Numbered from the stretch's first letter, positions 40,667-51,584 are shown. The stretch: 64,000 nt of DNA from an uncultured Desulfarculus sp. (GCA_963665125.2 CAXXUK010000001.1:2272001-2336000); one strand, 5' to 3'. Translations and numbers: made by a program. The notes: a model not told the origin generated them from the sequence alone.

Positions 40667-41794
40667 ATGCTTGATGCCACAAATGTGCAACGTCTTGCGC
40701 AGATCGACACCCACCCCCACAATATCCTTTCGTTGTATCTATCGCTGGACAACCCCCGCGAAATGCGCGGGCTGGCCCTAGGGGAAATGCTGAAACGAAA
40801 GGAAAGCCAATTGACCTTGGGCGGTGCGGCCAATCAATGGGACAACATGGCCGACGACCGCAAACGGATTGTCCGGTACGTAGAAGAACTACCAATGCAC
40901 CCGGGGCGCGGCCTTGCCCTGTTCTCCTGCTCAAAGGCCAACTATTTCGAGGCGTTTTCGCTCTCGACCACCGTACCCAATACCCTTGAAGTTGGTCCCA
41001 CGCCTTATATCAGGCCTCTTGCCGCCCTGGCCGGCGACCTTCAACGCTGTCTGAGCCTGCTACTGGACCGCAAGTCGGTTCGTTTTTTCGACAGCTTCAT
41101 GGGTTCCACCATGGAACTGGAACGGCCCGGATTCGGGCCCGACGCTCCGTTCTTTGAGCGCGACGGCGGCCAGGGCCGCACAGGCGACAATCAGGTGACC
41201 AGGTGGGAGGACCAGACGGTCACCCGCTTTTTCAAGGATGTGGCCGCCGAGGCCCGCAATATATTCAAGACCATGGACTTTGAACAACTCGTGGTCGGCG
41301 GCTCCCGCCGTGCCGTGGAGGCCTTCCCGGAGATGCTGCCCAACGGCCTGGGCAAGAAGCTGGCAGGTACGTTTATTCTCGACACCGGCTCCACGGTCAG
41401 CCAGGTCTCCGAGGCTGTAGCCGCTGTCCAGGAACAGGCCCGCCAAACCCGTCAGGCCACCCTTTTACAGACCCTTTCGGACAACATGGGTCCGGGCGGA
41501 AAGGTCGCCACGGGCCTGAACCAGGTATTGGCCAGTTTGTACGAGGGCCAGGTGCACACCTTGTTTGTCAAGCGGGGTCATCAGGCGGCCGGAGGCGCAT
41601 GCCCGTCGTGCGGCCGCCTGCGTCACGTGGCCGAGATGTGCCCAATCTGCGGTGAGCCCATGATTCCCGTCGGCGACATTGTCAACCAGGCAATGGCCAA
41701 GGCCCTGGACTCCGGAGCCAAGCTGGAGCAGGTCGGCGAATCGGGAATATTGGACGAAATGGGAGGTATTGCCGCCTTGTTGCGCTATAGCTAA
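40667..41794 (+). CDS. Bacterial archaeo-eukaryotic release factor 1-like protein (baeRF10-type) with Zn ribbon
   Basis: LSLYL, GLALFSC, PYIRPL, GGQ loop, LVVGG, CPSCG..CPICG, GGIAALLRY end; GGAGG RBS. Confidence 0.85.
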   Translation: MLDATNVQRLAQIDTHPHNILSLYLSLDNPREMRGLALGEMLKRKESQLTLGGAANQWDNMADDRKRIVRYVEELPMHPGRGLALFSCSKANYFEAFSLSTTVPNTLEVGPTPYIRPLAALAGDLQRCLSLLLDRKSVRFFDSFMGSTMELERPGFGPDAPFFERDGGQGRTGDNQVTRWEDQTVTRFFKDVAAEARNIFKTMDFEQLVVGGSRRAVEAFPEMLPNGLGKKLAGTFILDTGSTVSQVSEAVAAVQEQARQTRQATLLQTLSDNMGPGGKVATGLNQVLASLYEGQVHTLFVKRGHQAAGGACPSCGRLRHVAEMCPICGEPMIPVGDIVNQAMAKALDSGAKLEQVGESGILDEMGGIAALLRYS

Positions 41795-41816
41795 ACGTTA
41801 ATAAGCCCCCAAAGCG

Positions 41817-41846
41817 AGGAAGCGGTTATTGCCGCTTCCTTTTTTT
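41817..41846 (+). terminator. Rho-independent terminator
   Basis: AGGAAGCGG-N6-CCGCTTCCT followed by a T run. Confidence 0.88.
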
Positions 41847-41959
41847 ATTTTGGGGGTTGCACATCACCGAAGGGTGACTATTTTTCAGGCAAAGGCGAGT
41901 TGCTGCAGCCGCTCGGATAGCAAAATCTAAGTGCCAACCCAAAAATGGAGGGATTTAAA

Positions 41960-42415
41960 ATGCTGCTTAGCAGGGGTTTTTATCCCATGACCCGTGGATG
42001 GGCAAACATGGGCGAAGTCGGCCGTCTGCGCCAGGAGATGGACAGGCTATTCAGTGGACTCATGGATCCGCAGGGCCAAGCTAACCAATCGGGCGTATTC
42101 CCGTCAATCAATGTGTATGAACAAGACGGGGCCTATATGCTCACCGCCGAACTACCCGGCGTTTCCGGTGAAGACCTGGACATCGCGGTCCATGGAAAAA
42201 CCGTGAACATCAAGGGAGAACGCAAGGTTCCCGAGTCTGCCGGTAATGTGAAATACCATCGCCGGGAGCGCGAGTACGCATCGTTCAACAGGGCCGTGGG
42301 CCTGCCGGATGAACTGGACGCAGACAAGGTGGCGGCCAAGATCAAAAACGGAGTATTGACCCTGACGCTGCCCAAGGCGGCAAGTGCCCAGCCCCGCAAG
42401 ATCAAGGTTAACTAA
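41960..42415 (+). CDS. Hsp20/alpha-crystallin small heat shock protein
   Basis: FPSINVYE, AELPGV, RRER..SFNR, NGVLTLTLPK. Confidence 0.94.
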   Translation: MLLSRGFYPMTRGWANMGEVGRLRQEMDRLFSGLMDPQGQANQSGVFPSINVYEQDGAYMLTAELPGVSGEDLDIAVHGKTVNIKGERKVPESAGNVKYHRREREYASFNRAVGLPDELDADKVAAKIKNGVLTLTLPKAASAQPRKIKVN

Positions 42416-42440
42416 GCTGAATCTCAAGGGAGTTACTATC

Positions 42441-42836
42441 ATGACCAGACTGCAAAAATTGTCCGGGCGTGAACAAGACCAGCACGCCCTTGAGCAGACC
42501 AACAACGGACAGGTTTTCCAGCCGCTGGTGGACATCTACGAGACGGAGGATGCCCTGGTGGTGCTGGCCGACATGCCCGGAGTGGGGCCCGATGACATCA
42601 GCATTGATTTGGAAAACGACATCCTTGGGTTGCGGGCTACGCCGACGGAGGGATCCGTAGGCGGCAACATGGTCATCGGAGAATACGGTATAGGCACCTA
42701 TCTGCGCAGGTTCCAGCTTACCGAGGCCATCGACCGGGAGGGCATCAAAGCCGAGATCAAAAACGGTGAATTAAAGCTGATTCTGCCCAAGGCGGCCAAG
42801 GCGATGCCGCGCCGTATCGAAGTCCAAGCGGGCTGA
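42441..42836 (+). CDS. Hsp20/alpha-crystallin small heat shock protein
   Basis: PLVDIYET, ADMPGV, NGELKLILPK, PRRIEV. Confidence 0.94.
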   Translation: MTRLQKLSGREQDQHALEQTNNGQVFQPLVDIYETEDALVVLADMPGVGPDDISIDLENDILGLRATPTEGSVGGNMVIGEYGIGTYLRRFQLTEAIDREGIKAEIKNGELKLILPKAAKAMPRRIEVQAG

Positions 42837-42855
42837 CCTTAAAGGGCACATATTC

Positions 42856-42899
42856 AAACAAACCGCAGCCATGATCCGTGGCCGCGGTTTGTTGTTTTT
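42856..42899. terminator. Probable bidirectional terminator
   Basis: AACAAACCGC...GCGGTTTGTT stem with T-rich tail between convergent hsp20 and larC. Confidence 0.7.
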
Positions 42900-44067
42900 A
42901 TTCGGCGTCGGCCGCCAGGGCCAGTTCGCTGAGTTTTAGGCGTACCGCCGCCGGGGCCAGGCCGGTCTGGCGGCAAATGCGGGCCACGTCATCGGCCTCG
43001 GGATGGTAGCGCCATCCTGCATCGGCCTTGGCGACCTTGATCCTGGCCGGGCCCCACGGGCTCTGTATCTCCATGCCGCGGCGCTCCAAAACCATGCGCC
43101 GACAGCCGCGCAGGCGCAGGCCAATGCTGGAGGTTTGTTCCAGGGTCATCGCGGCCAGAGCATCGGCCATGGCCGGTGGAGCCATGACTATCAGTTGCAT
43201 GCCGGGACGGCCCTTTTTCATGACCAGGGGCGCGGCGGCCACATCCAGGGCTCCGGCGGCCATCAGCCTTTCGACGATGATGGGCAGATCTTCGGGCGTT
43301 TGGTCGTCAATGTGACAAACGATCTCCACCACCTCGTCCTCGGGGTATGCGGCCTTTTCACTTCCCGCGAAAAGCCGCAGGATATTGGGGGCATAGTCGC
43401 CCTGGCGGGTGCCGCAACCAATGCCGCTTCTCTCGAAGGTCATTTGGGGCATGGGTCCGAACCTGTCGGCCAAGGCGCTTAATAAGGCCGCGCCGGTGGG
43501 GGTTACGGTCTCCTCCAGGCCGGGCCAGGCGGTCACTTCCACGCCCTCCAGCAAGGCCACCACGGCCGGGGCCGGCAGGGGCAACCTGCCGTGGGCGCAG
43601 TCCACGAATCCGCGACCCAGGGGCAATGGCGAACAGACCACCCTGGGCCAGCCCAGCCAGGCCAATCCGGCGCAGAAGGCCGTGACGTCGATTATGGCGT
43701 CCACCGCGCCCACTTCATGGAAATGCACATGTTCCGGATTGATGCCGTGGACCTTGCCTTCGGCCTCGGCCAGCCGCCGGAACACCCTGGCCGCGGCATC
43801 GCCGATATCGCCTGGCAGCTTTTCCAGGTGTTCCAGTACATGACGCAGGTGGCGGTGAGGCTGGGGGCCGCTGTCATCAACGGCCAGGCGTTTGGCGGCG
43901 ATGTGACTGCGCTCTTCCAGAGCCACGTCAAGGCCTACGTCGGACAGCCCCATGGCCTGGGACAATTGGCGAAGTTCATCAATGGGCCAGCCCATGTCCA
44001 GCAGGGCTCCGGCCAGCATATCACCGGATGCCCCGGCGTAAGCGTCCACATACAGCACTTTGCCCAC
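42898..44067 (-). CDS. larC: Nickel pincer cofactor biosynthesis protein LarC
   Basis: AGASGDM, AEGKVHG, VHFHEVGAVDAIID, TPTGAA, MKKGRPG. Confidence 0.93.
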   Translation of the reverse strand: MGKVLYVDAYAGASGDMLAGALLDMGWPIDELRQLSQAMGLSDVGLDVALEERSHIAAKRLAVDDSGPQPHRHLRHVLEHLEKLPGDIGDAAARVFRRLAEAEGKVHGINPEHVHFHEVGAVDAIIDVTAFCAGLAWLGWPRVVCSPLPLGRGFVDCAHGRLPLPAPAVVALLEGVEVTAWPGLEETVTPTGAALLSALADRFGPMPQMTFERSGIGCGTRQGDYAPNILRLFAGSEKAAYPEDEVVEIVCHIDDQTPEDLPIIVERLMAAGALDVAAAPLVMKKGRPGMQLIVMAPPAMADALAAMTLEQTSSIGLRLRGCRRMVLERRGMEIQSPWGPARIKVAKADAGWRYHPEADDVARICRQTGLAPAAVRLKLSELALAADAE

Positions 44068-44070
44068 GGT

Positions 44071-46521
44071 TCAGTTTTCCTTTGCTGGGGTTGATTTTTT
44101 AGGCGCCCGGACCTGCCGCTTTTTGCGGGGTTTGCCAACCAAAGCCGCTTCCAGGATCTGGTCCATGTGATCCATCTTGTGGATCTTGAGCTTGCGGGCG
44201 ACCTTGGCCGGCACCTCTGAAAGCTCCTTGAGGTTTTTGGCCGGCACCAATACGTTGGCTATGCCCAGCCTGGCCGCGGCCATGGTCTTTTCCTTGAGAC
44301 CGCCGATGGGCAGCACCTTGCCGGTGAGGGTGATCTCGCCGGTCATGGCCACGTCATCGCGCACGGCCACACCGGTCAATGCGCTGACTATGGCCGTGCA
44401 AATGGTCACGCCCGCGCTTGGCCCGTCCTTGGGGATGGCCCCGCTGGGCACGTGCAGGTGAATATCCAGGTGCTCGTAAAAGTCTTTTTTCAGGCCAAAG
44501 GCGTTGGCCCGGCTGCGCACGTAGCTCAGCGCCGCCTGGGCCGATTCGTTCATCACCTCGCCCAGGGAACCCGTACAGGTCAGGTTGCCCTTGCCGTCCA
44601 GGACCGAGACCTCGATGCGCAGCACCTCGCCGCCGGCGGATGTCCAGGCCAGGCCCGTGGCCACGCCCACTTCGCCCTCGCCCCGGTCGTCCTCGGGCAG
44701 GAACTTGCGCACGCCGAGATAACTCTGCACGCCGCCCTGGTTGACTCTGAAGGGCCCCTTTTCGCCCTCGGCCACTCGGCGGGCTATCTTGCGCAGAATG
44801 GAGCCCAGTTCCCGCTCCACATTGCGCAGGCCGGCCTCACGGGTGTAGTTGCGGATCACCTCCATGATCGCGCCGTCGCTGATATGGGCCTTGATCTTGC
44901 CCAGGCCGTTTTGTTTGACCTGCCTGGGGATCAGATATTCCCTGGCTATGTTCACCTTGTCTTCGTCGGTGTAGCCCGGCAGTTCGATGACCTCCATGCG
45001 GTCCAACAACGGCTCGGGGATGGTGTCCTCCATGTTGGCCGTGGTGATGAACATCACCTTGGACAAATCGAAGGGCAAATTCAAATAATGGTCGCTAAAG
45101 GCGTTGTTCTGTTCCGGGTCCAGGACCTCCAGCAGGGCCGAAGTCGGGTCGCCCCGGAAGTCGGAGCCAACCTTGTCTACCTCGTCGATCATGAACACCG
45201 GGTTGTTGCTGCCGGCCGTCTTGAGGCCCTGGATGATCCGGCCCGGCAGAGCCCCGATATAGGTGCGGCGGTGGCCCCTGATCTCGGCCTCGTCGCGCAC
45301 TCCGCCCAGGCTCATGCGCACGAACTGGCGGCCCATGGCCCTGGCGATGCTGCGGCCCAGGGACGTCTTGCCAACGCCCGGCGGACCGATGAAGCAGAGG
45401 ATCGGGCCCTTGCTCTTGGGGTTGAGCTTGCGCACCGAAAGCTGCTCCAGGATGCGGTCCTTGACCTTTTCCAGGTCGTAGTGATCTTCGTCCAGGACTT
45501 TTTTGGCCTTTTTGATGTCCAGCCGGTCCCTGGTGGACTTCGTCCAGGGCAGATCCACCACCCAGTCCAGAAAAGTGCGTATCACCGTGGCCTCGGCCGA
45601 CTCGGGCTGCATCATCTCCAGGCGGCTGAGCTGTTTGAGCGACTCCTGGTGCACCTCCTCGGGCAGGCGCATTTCCATAATCTGCTGGCGCAACTCGAAA
45701 AGCTCGGCGGCCCGGTCTTCCCCGTCGCCCAGTTCCCGGCGGATGGCCCGGATCTGTTCGCGCAAATAGTATTCGCGCTGGGTCTTGCTGATCTCCTCCT
45801 GGGCCTCGGACTGGATCTGGGCCTGGATGGTGGAAACCTCCAGTTCCTTGCCCAGATGTCCGTGGACCAGTTGCAGCCGTTTCATGGTGTCGAGTTCTTC
45901 CAGTATCTCCTGGGCGTTGTCAATGCGCAGCCGCAGGTTGGAGGCCACCATGTCGGCCAACCGCCCCGGTGTTTCCACGGAGTTGAGGATGGCCACCACG
46001 TCCGAAGACAACAGCCCCCTGAGCGAAAGAATCTTTTCGCTTGATTCGCGCACATTGCGCATCAGGGCCTCTTCGGCGGGCGTGGGATCTTCGGGGAGTT
46101 CGTCATCGGCGTCGGCCAGGGCCTCGATGCCCACCTCGGCATAAGGCGCGTGGCGCAGCCACTGGCTGATCTTGGCCCGGGCCAGGCCCTGCACCAGGAC
46201 CTTGAGCCTGCCGTCGGGCATCTTCAACTGGCGCATGATCATGCCGACCGTGCCGACCTCGTAGACATCTTCAACCGAGGGGTGTTCGACGTCCTGGTCC
46301 AGCTGGGCGGCCAGCAAAATCAGCTGGTCCCTGGCCATGGCCGCTTCAACGGCGGCCACCGAGGCATCCCTGGCCACGAACAGCGGCAAAATCATATATG
46401 GAAAAACAACAACATCGCGCACCGGCAACAGCGGCAGGTTCTCCGGCAGTTCCTCGTCTTCGATGATTTCGTCGGGCTCCAGGGGCGCGTGGTCGAAAAG
46501 GTCGTCGTGATTATCCATCAT
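44071..46521 (-). CDS. lon: ATP-dependent protease La
   Basis: [38 protein letters not shown] after GGAGG. Confidence 0.97.
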   Translation of the reverse strand: MMDNHDDLFDHAPLEPDEIIEDEELPENLPLLPVRDVVVFPYMILPLFVARDASVAAVEAAMARDQLILLAAQLDQDVEHPSVEDVYEVGTVGMIMRQLKMPDGRLKVLVQGLARAKISQWLRHAPYAEVGIEALADADDELPEDPTPAEEALMRNVRESSEKILSLRGLLSSDVVAILNSVETPGRLADMVASNLRLRIDNAQEILEELDTMKRLQLVHGHLGKELEVSTIQAQIQSEAQEEISKTQREYYLREQIRAIRRELGDGEDRAAELFELRQQIMEMRLPEEVHQESLKQLSRLEMMQPESAEATVIRTFLDWVVDLPWTKSTRDRLDIKKAKKVLDEDHYDLEKVKDRILEQLSVRKLNPKSKGPILCFIGPPGVGKTSLGRSIARAMGRQFVRMSLGGVRDEAEIRGHRRTYIGALPGRIIQGLKTAGSNNPVFMIDEVDKVGSDFRGDPTSALLEVLDPEQNNAFSDHYLNLPFDLSKVMFITTANMEDTIPEPLLDRMEVIELPGYTDEDKVNIAREYLIPRQVKQNGLGKIKAHISDGAIMEVIRNYTREAGLRNVERELGSILRKIARRVAEGEKGPFRVNQGGVQSYLGVRKFLPEDDRGEGEVGVATGLAWTSAGGEVLRIEVSVLDGKGNLTCTGSLGEVMNESAQAALSYVRSRANAFGLKKDFYEHLDIHLHVPSGAIPKDGPSAGVTICTAIVSALTGVAVRDDVAMTGEITLTGKVLPIGGLKEKTMAAARLGIANVLVPAKNLKELSEVPAKVARKLKIHKMDHMDQILEAALVGKPRKKRQVRAPKKSTPAKEN

Positions 46522-46775
46522 GGGCCTCCATGGCAGCGGGCCGAATCTTGCTAAGGGTATGTTGGAAAAGTCCGTCCTGGCCTTTTCCAACGGTTGCGCG
46601 GCGAAATCGTTGTGTTGCCGCGCAACACAATTTGCCTGTTTTTTAAAAACCGCGCAAATTGGCGAACCTTCCCTGGCCCGCCTATCAGCCTGTTTTTCAA
46701 CAACCTGATTTATAGATACATAACGGGATGGCTTATCCTATCAAAGTGCCTTTACAAGTCAACCCGTTCAAGTCG

Positions 46776-47582
46776 TTAGTGGGCTCCCGGTGGCGGCGGC
46801 GGAGCCGCCTTTTTCAACTCCAGGACATCGCCGGGCTCGTCCTGGGACGCCACATGCAGCCTGGTCCGGCACCCCGAGGCCTCCACAACGGTCATCGCCT
46901 CGCGCCGTGCCAGTTCGGCGAAATTGTTGGTCTCCGACAAATGGGCCAGCACCACCTCCTGCAAGCCCGGATGAATCACCTCGGCCAACAGGTCGGCGCT
47001 TTGCCGGTTGGACAGATGACCGTGCTTGGAACTCACGCGCTGTTTGAGCCACACGGGGTATGGCCCCTCGGCCAGCATGCCGCTATCGTGGTTGGCCTCC
47101 AGCACCAGGCCGGTGCAGCCGCTGAGCCGCTCCCGCACCAGGGGCGTGGGCCCGCCCAAGTCGGTGCAGATGCCCAGTGAGGCGCCGCCACAACTGACCA
47201 CAAGGCCCATGGGATCCTTGGCGTCGTGAGGTATGTTGAAAGTCCGCAGATGCAGGCCGCATAATTCCACCGACGCGCCGGAAGGCAGTGCCTCCACCTC
47301 CACGCCGTGCTTGTCCTGGAGGGCCTCCCAAGTGGCCGGAGCGGTCATCACCGGTACCCGCAGGCGTTTGGAAAGCACCCGCATGCCCCGGCAATGATCC
47401 TGATGTTCGTGGGTGATGACGATGCCCTGGATCTCCCCGGGATCAAGGCCGCGGTCTTCCATGCGCAGCACGAGTTGCTTGGCCGAGAGTCCCGCGTCCA
47501 CCAGCAGCGCACCGCCGGGGCCCTCGATATAGATGGCGTTGCCTTTGGAGCCGCTGGCCAGTACGCAAAACTTCAGCGACAT
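46776..47582 (-). CDS. MBL-fold metallohydrolase, YycJ/WalJ-like
   Basis: LASGSKGN, THEHQDH, EANHD, GHLSN, HLSETNN. Confidence 0.92.
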   Translation of the reverse strand: MSLKFCVLASGSKGNAIYIEGPGGALLVDAGLSAKQLVLRMEDRGLDPGEIQGIVITHEHQDHCRGMRVLSKRLRVPVMTAPATWEALQDKHGVEVEALPSGASVELCGLHLRTFNIPHDAKDPMGLVVSCGGASLGICTDLGGPTPLVRERLSGCTGLVLEANHDSGMLAEGPYPVWLKQRVSSKHGHLSNRQSADLLAEVIHPGLQEVVLAHLSETNNFAELARREAMTVVEASGCRTRLHVASQDEPGDVLELKKAAPPPPPGAH

Positions 47583-48031
47583 TATTTGCCCGTGTGGCCG
47601 AAGCCGCCTTCGCCCCTGGCCGTCTCGGAGAGGGTGTCCACCTCCACGGGCTGGGCCTGGGTCAATGCCGCGATGATCAATTGGGCCACCCGGTCTCCCC
47701 GGTTGATTGTCACGGCCTCCTGCCCCAGGTTGATCAGGCCGACCTTGACCTCACCCCGGTAGTCTGCGTCGATGGTTCCCGGCGCGTTGACCACGGTCAG
47801 GCCGTGTTTGATGGCCAAGCCCGAGCGGGGCCTCACCTGGCCCTCATGACCCGGCGGAATGGCCATGGCCAGGCCGGTGGGTACCATGACGATCTGGCCG
47901 GGATTGACCACCAAGGGCGTCTCCACGGCGGCGGGCAGATCCATGCCGGCCGAAAACTCGGTCTGGTATGTCGGCAGGTCCATGCCCCGGCCATGGGGCA
48001 GGCGCATGATCTTCAACTCGACTTGGCTCAC
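47582..48031 (-). CDS. dut: dUTP diphosphatase
   Basis: [32 protein letters not shown]. Confidence 0.97.
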   Translation of the reverse strand: MSQVELKIMRLPHGRGMDLPTYQTEFSAGMDLPAAVETPLVVNPGQIVMVPTGLAMAIPPGHEGQVRPRSGLAIKHGLTVVNAPGTIDADYRGEVKVGLINLGQEAVTINRGDRVAQLIIAALTQAQPVEVDTLSETARGEGGFGHTGK

Positions 48032-49281
48032 AACCCGGCCTCCGCCGCCAGCTTATCCTCGTCGGCCGCACCCAAAACGGTCACCGACATCTTGTCACGC
48101 CGCAGCGTTTCCCCGGCCAACCGGGTCACATCTTCGACTTCCACGGCCATGATCTTTTCAATGACCTCTTCCACCGGCACGTAGCGGCCGAAATGGAACT
48201 CGTTGCGGGCCAGGCGGCTCATGCGGCTTTCGGAGCTTTCCATGGCCAGCAGGATGGAGCCTTTGATGTTGTCCTTGGCATGAGACAGTTCGTTGTGCTT
48301 GAGGTCGCCGCTGCCCAGGCGCTCCATCTCGTCGAAGACGACCTTCGTGGCTTCGCCGAGCTTGTCCGGAGACACGCCCATGCCCACGCCCATCAGGCCC
48401 AGGTCGGAATACGAGTTGAGGTACGAATAGATGGAATAGGCCAGGCCGCGTTTTTCGCGCACCTCCTGGAACAGCCGCGAACTCATGCTGCCGCCCAGGA
48501 TGATGTTCAACAGCGACGCGGCGAAACGGTCGTCGTCGGTCACCGACGGGGCCGAGGAGCCCATCACCACCTGCACCTGCTCCAACTCGCGGTTGATCAC
48601 GTGCAGGCCGCTGTGGAACTCGGCCGTGGTGCGGCTGTTGGGTTTGACGCGTTTGGGCAACGCGCCCAGCGCATCGCCCAACAGGGCCACCAACTGGTCG
48701 TGATCCACGGCGCCAACCGCCGAAACGACTAGATTCTCCGGCACATAACGGGAGTGCATATAGTCGATCATGGCCTGGCGGTCCATACCCGCCACGTTGG
48801 GGACAGTCCCCAGTATGGGCCTGCCCAGGGGATGGCCGGGCCAGAGGTTTTCGGCGAACAGCACATGCACCAAGTCGTCGGGCGTGTCATCCACAAAGCT
48901 GATTTCCTGGATTATCACGTGGCGTTCCCGCTCCAGTTCCACGGGGTCGTAGGCCGGATGGAGCATGATGTCGCAGAGGATGTCGGTGATTTCCGGCAGA
49001 TGCTCGGTCAGTGCCCGGGCATGAAAACAGGTGTTTTCCTTGCCGGTGAAGGCGTTGGCGTGCCCGCCCAGGCGGTCCAATTCCCTGGCAATGGCCAGGG
49101 CGTCGCGCCGGGCGGTGCCCTTGAAGGCCATATGCTCTATAAAATGACTGACGCCGCCCAATTCGCCGGGCTCGTCACGTGAGCCCACATCCACCCACAG
49201 GCCCACAGCAACGCTGTAGGCCTGGGGTAGAGTTTCGCTTATCAGGCGGACGCCGTTTTCAAGCGTGGTTTTTTGGGCCAC
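48028..49281 (-). CDS. M16 family zinc peptidase
   Basis: [30 protein letters not shown]. Confidence 0.95.
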   Translation of the reverse strand: MAQKTTLENGVRLISETLPQAYSVAVGLWVDVGSRDEPGELGGVSHFIEHMAFKGTARRDALAIARELDRLGGHANAFTGKENTCFHARALTEHLPEITDILCDIMLHPAYDPVELERERHVIIQEISFVDDTPDDLVHVLFAENLWPGHPLGRPILGTVPNVAGMDRQAMIDYMHSRYVPENLVVSAVGAVDHDQLVALLGDALGALPKRVKPNSRTTAEFHSGLHVINRELEQVQVVMGSSAPSVTDDDRFAASLLNIILGGSMSSRLFQEVREKRGLAYSIYSYLNSYSDLGLMGVGMGVSPDKLGEATKVVFDEMERLGSGDLKHNELSHAKDNIKGSILLAMESSESRMSRLARNEFHFGRYVPVEEVIEKIMAVEVEDVTRLAGETLRRDKMSVTVLGAADEDKLAAEAGL

Positions 49282-49286
49282 GTCGT

Positions 49287-51584
49287 CTAGTCTCGCCGTC
49301 CACTGCGATCGCCGCCGCGCCCACGGTCGCCACTCCGGCCGCCACGGCCACGGTCGCCACTCCGGCCGCCGCGGTCGTCCCGGCCGCCGCGGTCGTTGTA
49401 CCGGCCACCCCGGCTGCCGCGATCGTCCCGGCCGCCGCCATGGTCTTCGCGGTCGCCCCTGGGGCGATAGCCTTCGTTGGACTCGACGCCGCCCTCGGGA
49501 ACGGGCAGCAGGGCCTTGCGGCTCAGGCGGATCTTGCCCCGGTCGTCGATGCCCAGCACCTTGACCTTGACCATGTCGCCTTCATGCAGCACGTCGGTGA
49601 CGCTGCGGACCCTGGTATGATCCAATTCGCTGATGTGCACCAGGCCGTCGCGGCCGGGCATGATCTCCACGAAAGCGCCGAAGTCCATGATCCGGACAAC
49701 CTTGCCTTCGTAGACCGCGCCCTCTTCGACTTCCTGGATCTGCTCCTTGATCATGTCGATGGCCTTCTTGCCGGCCTCGCCGTCCACGGCCGCAACCCGG
49801 ATGGTGCCGTCGTCATCGATATCGATGCGCACGCCGGTTTCCATCTGGATGCCGCGGACAACCTTGCCGCCTGGGCCGATGACGTCCTTGATGCGCTCCA
49901 CCGGAACCTTGATGGTGGTGATGCGCGGAGCCAGATCGCTGATCTCGCCCTTGGGCGCGCTGATGGCCTTGGCCATTTCGCCCAGAATGTGCAGGCGGCC
50001 GTCCTTGGCTTGGGCCAGGGCCTGGCTCATGATCTCCTTGGAGATGCCGCTGATCTTGATGTCCATCTGCACGGCGCTGATGCCGTCGGCGCTGCCGGCC
50101 ACCTTGAAGTCCATGTCGCCCAGGTGGTCTTCGTCACCCATGATGTCGGTGAGCACGACCATGCGGTCGCCTTCCTTGATCAGACCCATGGCCACACCGG
50201 CCACCGCGCCGCTGGTGGGCACGCCGGCATCCATCATGGCCATGGAACCGCCGCAGACCGAAGCCATGGACGACGATCCGTTGCTCTCGGTGATCTCCGA
50301 GACCACGCGGATGGCGTAGGGGAAGCCCTCCTGCTCGGGGATGACCTTTTCCAGGGCCCGGCGGGCCAGGGCTCCGTGGCCCAGTTCCCGGCGGTTGGGA
50401 CCGCCCAGGCGCTTGGCCTCGCCAACGCTGTAGGGCGGGAAGTTGTAGTGCAGCATGAAGTGACGGAAGATGTCGCCTTCGGTCACCGTCTCGATGCGCT
50501 GTTCATCGCCGGAGGTGCCCAGGGTCGTCACAACTATGGCCTGGGTCTCGCCGCGGGTGAACAGGGCCGAGCCGTGGGTCCGGGGCAGGACGCCGGTCTC
50601 GCAGGAAATGGGCCGCACCTCGGTGACGGAGCGTCCGTCGATGCGCAGGCCCTGATCGAGGATCTGGCTGCGCATGCCCTCGGCGATGAGGTGTTCCACC
50701 ACCTCCTTGACCTGGCCCTCTTTGCCTTCGGCTTCCTCGCCCATCTGCTCGACGACCTGCTTTTTCAGGGCGCGCTTTTTGGCGTAGCGCTCCAGCTTGG
50801 GAGCGGTGCCCAGCACGTCGGCCAGACCGTCGGCGGCAACGGCGGCCACCTTGGCCACCAGCGCCTCGTCCTCATCAGCCGGGGCGGCGAACTCGCGGTC
50901 GGGAATACCCACCGCCTTGGCCAGTTCCTCCTGGATGTCCAGCAGGGGTTGCAGACCCTCGTGGCCGAACCAGATGGCCTCCAGCACCTCTTCCTCGCTG
51001 AGCATCTTCGAACCGCCCTCGACCATGCACACCGCGTCGCGGCTGCCGGCGACCATGATCTCCAGGTCGGATTTGGCCATAAGATCAGCCGTGGGGTTGA
51101 TCATCAGCTGGCCGTCGATGCGGCCTACGCGCACACCGGCGATGGGGCCGTCGAACGGGATGTCGCTGACCATCAACGCGGCCGAAGCGCCGGTCATGGC
51201 CATGACGTCGGGTTCGTTGACCTTGTCCACGCTCATCACCGTGGCGATGATCTGGGTCTCGAAGGTCCAGCCTTTTTTCATGCGGGGCCGAACGGGCCTG
51301 TCGATCAGGCGGCTGGTCAGGGTTTCCTTTTCGCTGGGCCTGCCGATTTCCCGGCGGAAGAAGTTCCCCGGAATACGGCCGGCCGCGTACGACATTTCCT
51401 GATAGTCCACGGTCAGGGGCAGAAAATCGATGCCATCGCGGACAGTATTGTCGCCAACGGCCGTAACCAGCACTACGGTGTCACCATAGGTGACCCAGGC
51501 TGCACCGGAAGCTTGCTTGGCAATCTTGCCGGTCTCGATGGCGAACTCGCGGCCGCCTATGATCGTCGATACCTTTTTATACAT
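49287..51584 (-). CDS. pnp: Polyribonucleotide nucleotidyltransferase
   Basis: RIPGNFFRRE, FTRGETQ, SNGSSSMAS, KH and S1 domains. Confidence 0.98.
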   Translation of the reverse strand: MYKKVSTIIGGREFAIETGKIAKQASGAAWVTYGDTVVLVTAVGDNTVRDGIDFLPLTVDYQEMSYAAGRIPGNFFRREIGRPSEKETLTSRLIDRPVRPRMKKGWTFETQIIATVMSVDKVNEPDVMAMTGASAALMVSDIPFDGPIAGVRVGRIDGQLMINPTADLMAKSDLEIMVAGSRDAVCMVEGGSKMLSEEEVLEAIWFGHEGLQPLLDIQEELAKAVGIPDREFAAPADEDEALVAKVAAVAADGLADVLGTAPKLERYAKKRALKKQVVEQMGEEAEGKEGQVKEVVEHLIAEGMRSQILDQGLRIDGRSVTEVRPISCETGVLPRTHGSALFTRGETQAIVVTTLGTSGDEQRIETVTEGDIFRHFMLHYNFPPYSVGEAKRLGGPNRRELGHGALARRALEKVIPEQEGFPYAIRVVSEITESNGSSSMASVCGGSMAMMDAGVPTSGAVAGVAMGLIKEGDRMVVLTDIMGDEDHLGDMDFKVAGSADGISAVQMDIKISGISKEIMSQALAQAKDGRLHILGEMAKAISAPKGEISDLAPRITTIKVPVERIKDVIGPGGKVVRGIQMETGVRIDIDDDGTIRVAAVDGEAGKKAIDMIKEQIQEVEEGAVYEGKVVRIMDFGAFVEIMPGRDGLVHISELDHTRVRSVTDVLHEGDMVKVKVLGIDDRGKIRLSRKALLPVPEGGVESNEGYRPRGDREDHGGGRDDRGSRGGRYNDRGGRDDRGGRSGDRGRGGRSGDRGRGGDRSGRRD
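49300..49445. repeat. Degenerate coding tandem repeats (RG/DR-rich PNPase tail)
   Basis: CCACGGTCGCCACTCCGGCCGCC at 49321-49343 and 49348-49370, plus related units. Confidence 0.75.

Noticed and set aside
41911..41937. CIRCE (HrcA) operator upstream of hsp20
   Set aside because: Only a right-arm-like AAGTGCCAA is present. The position of the left arm does not match TTAGCACTC.
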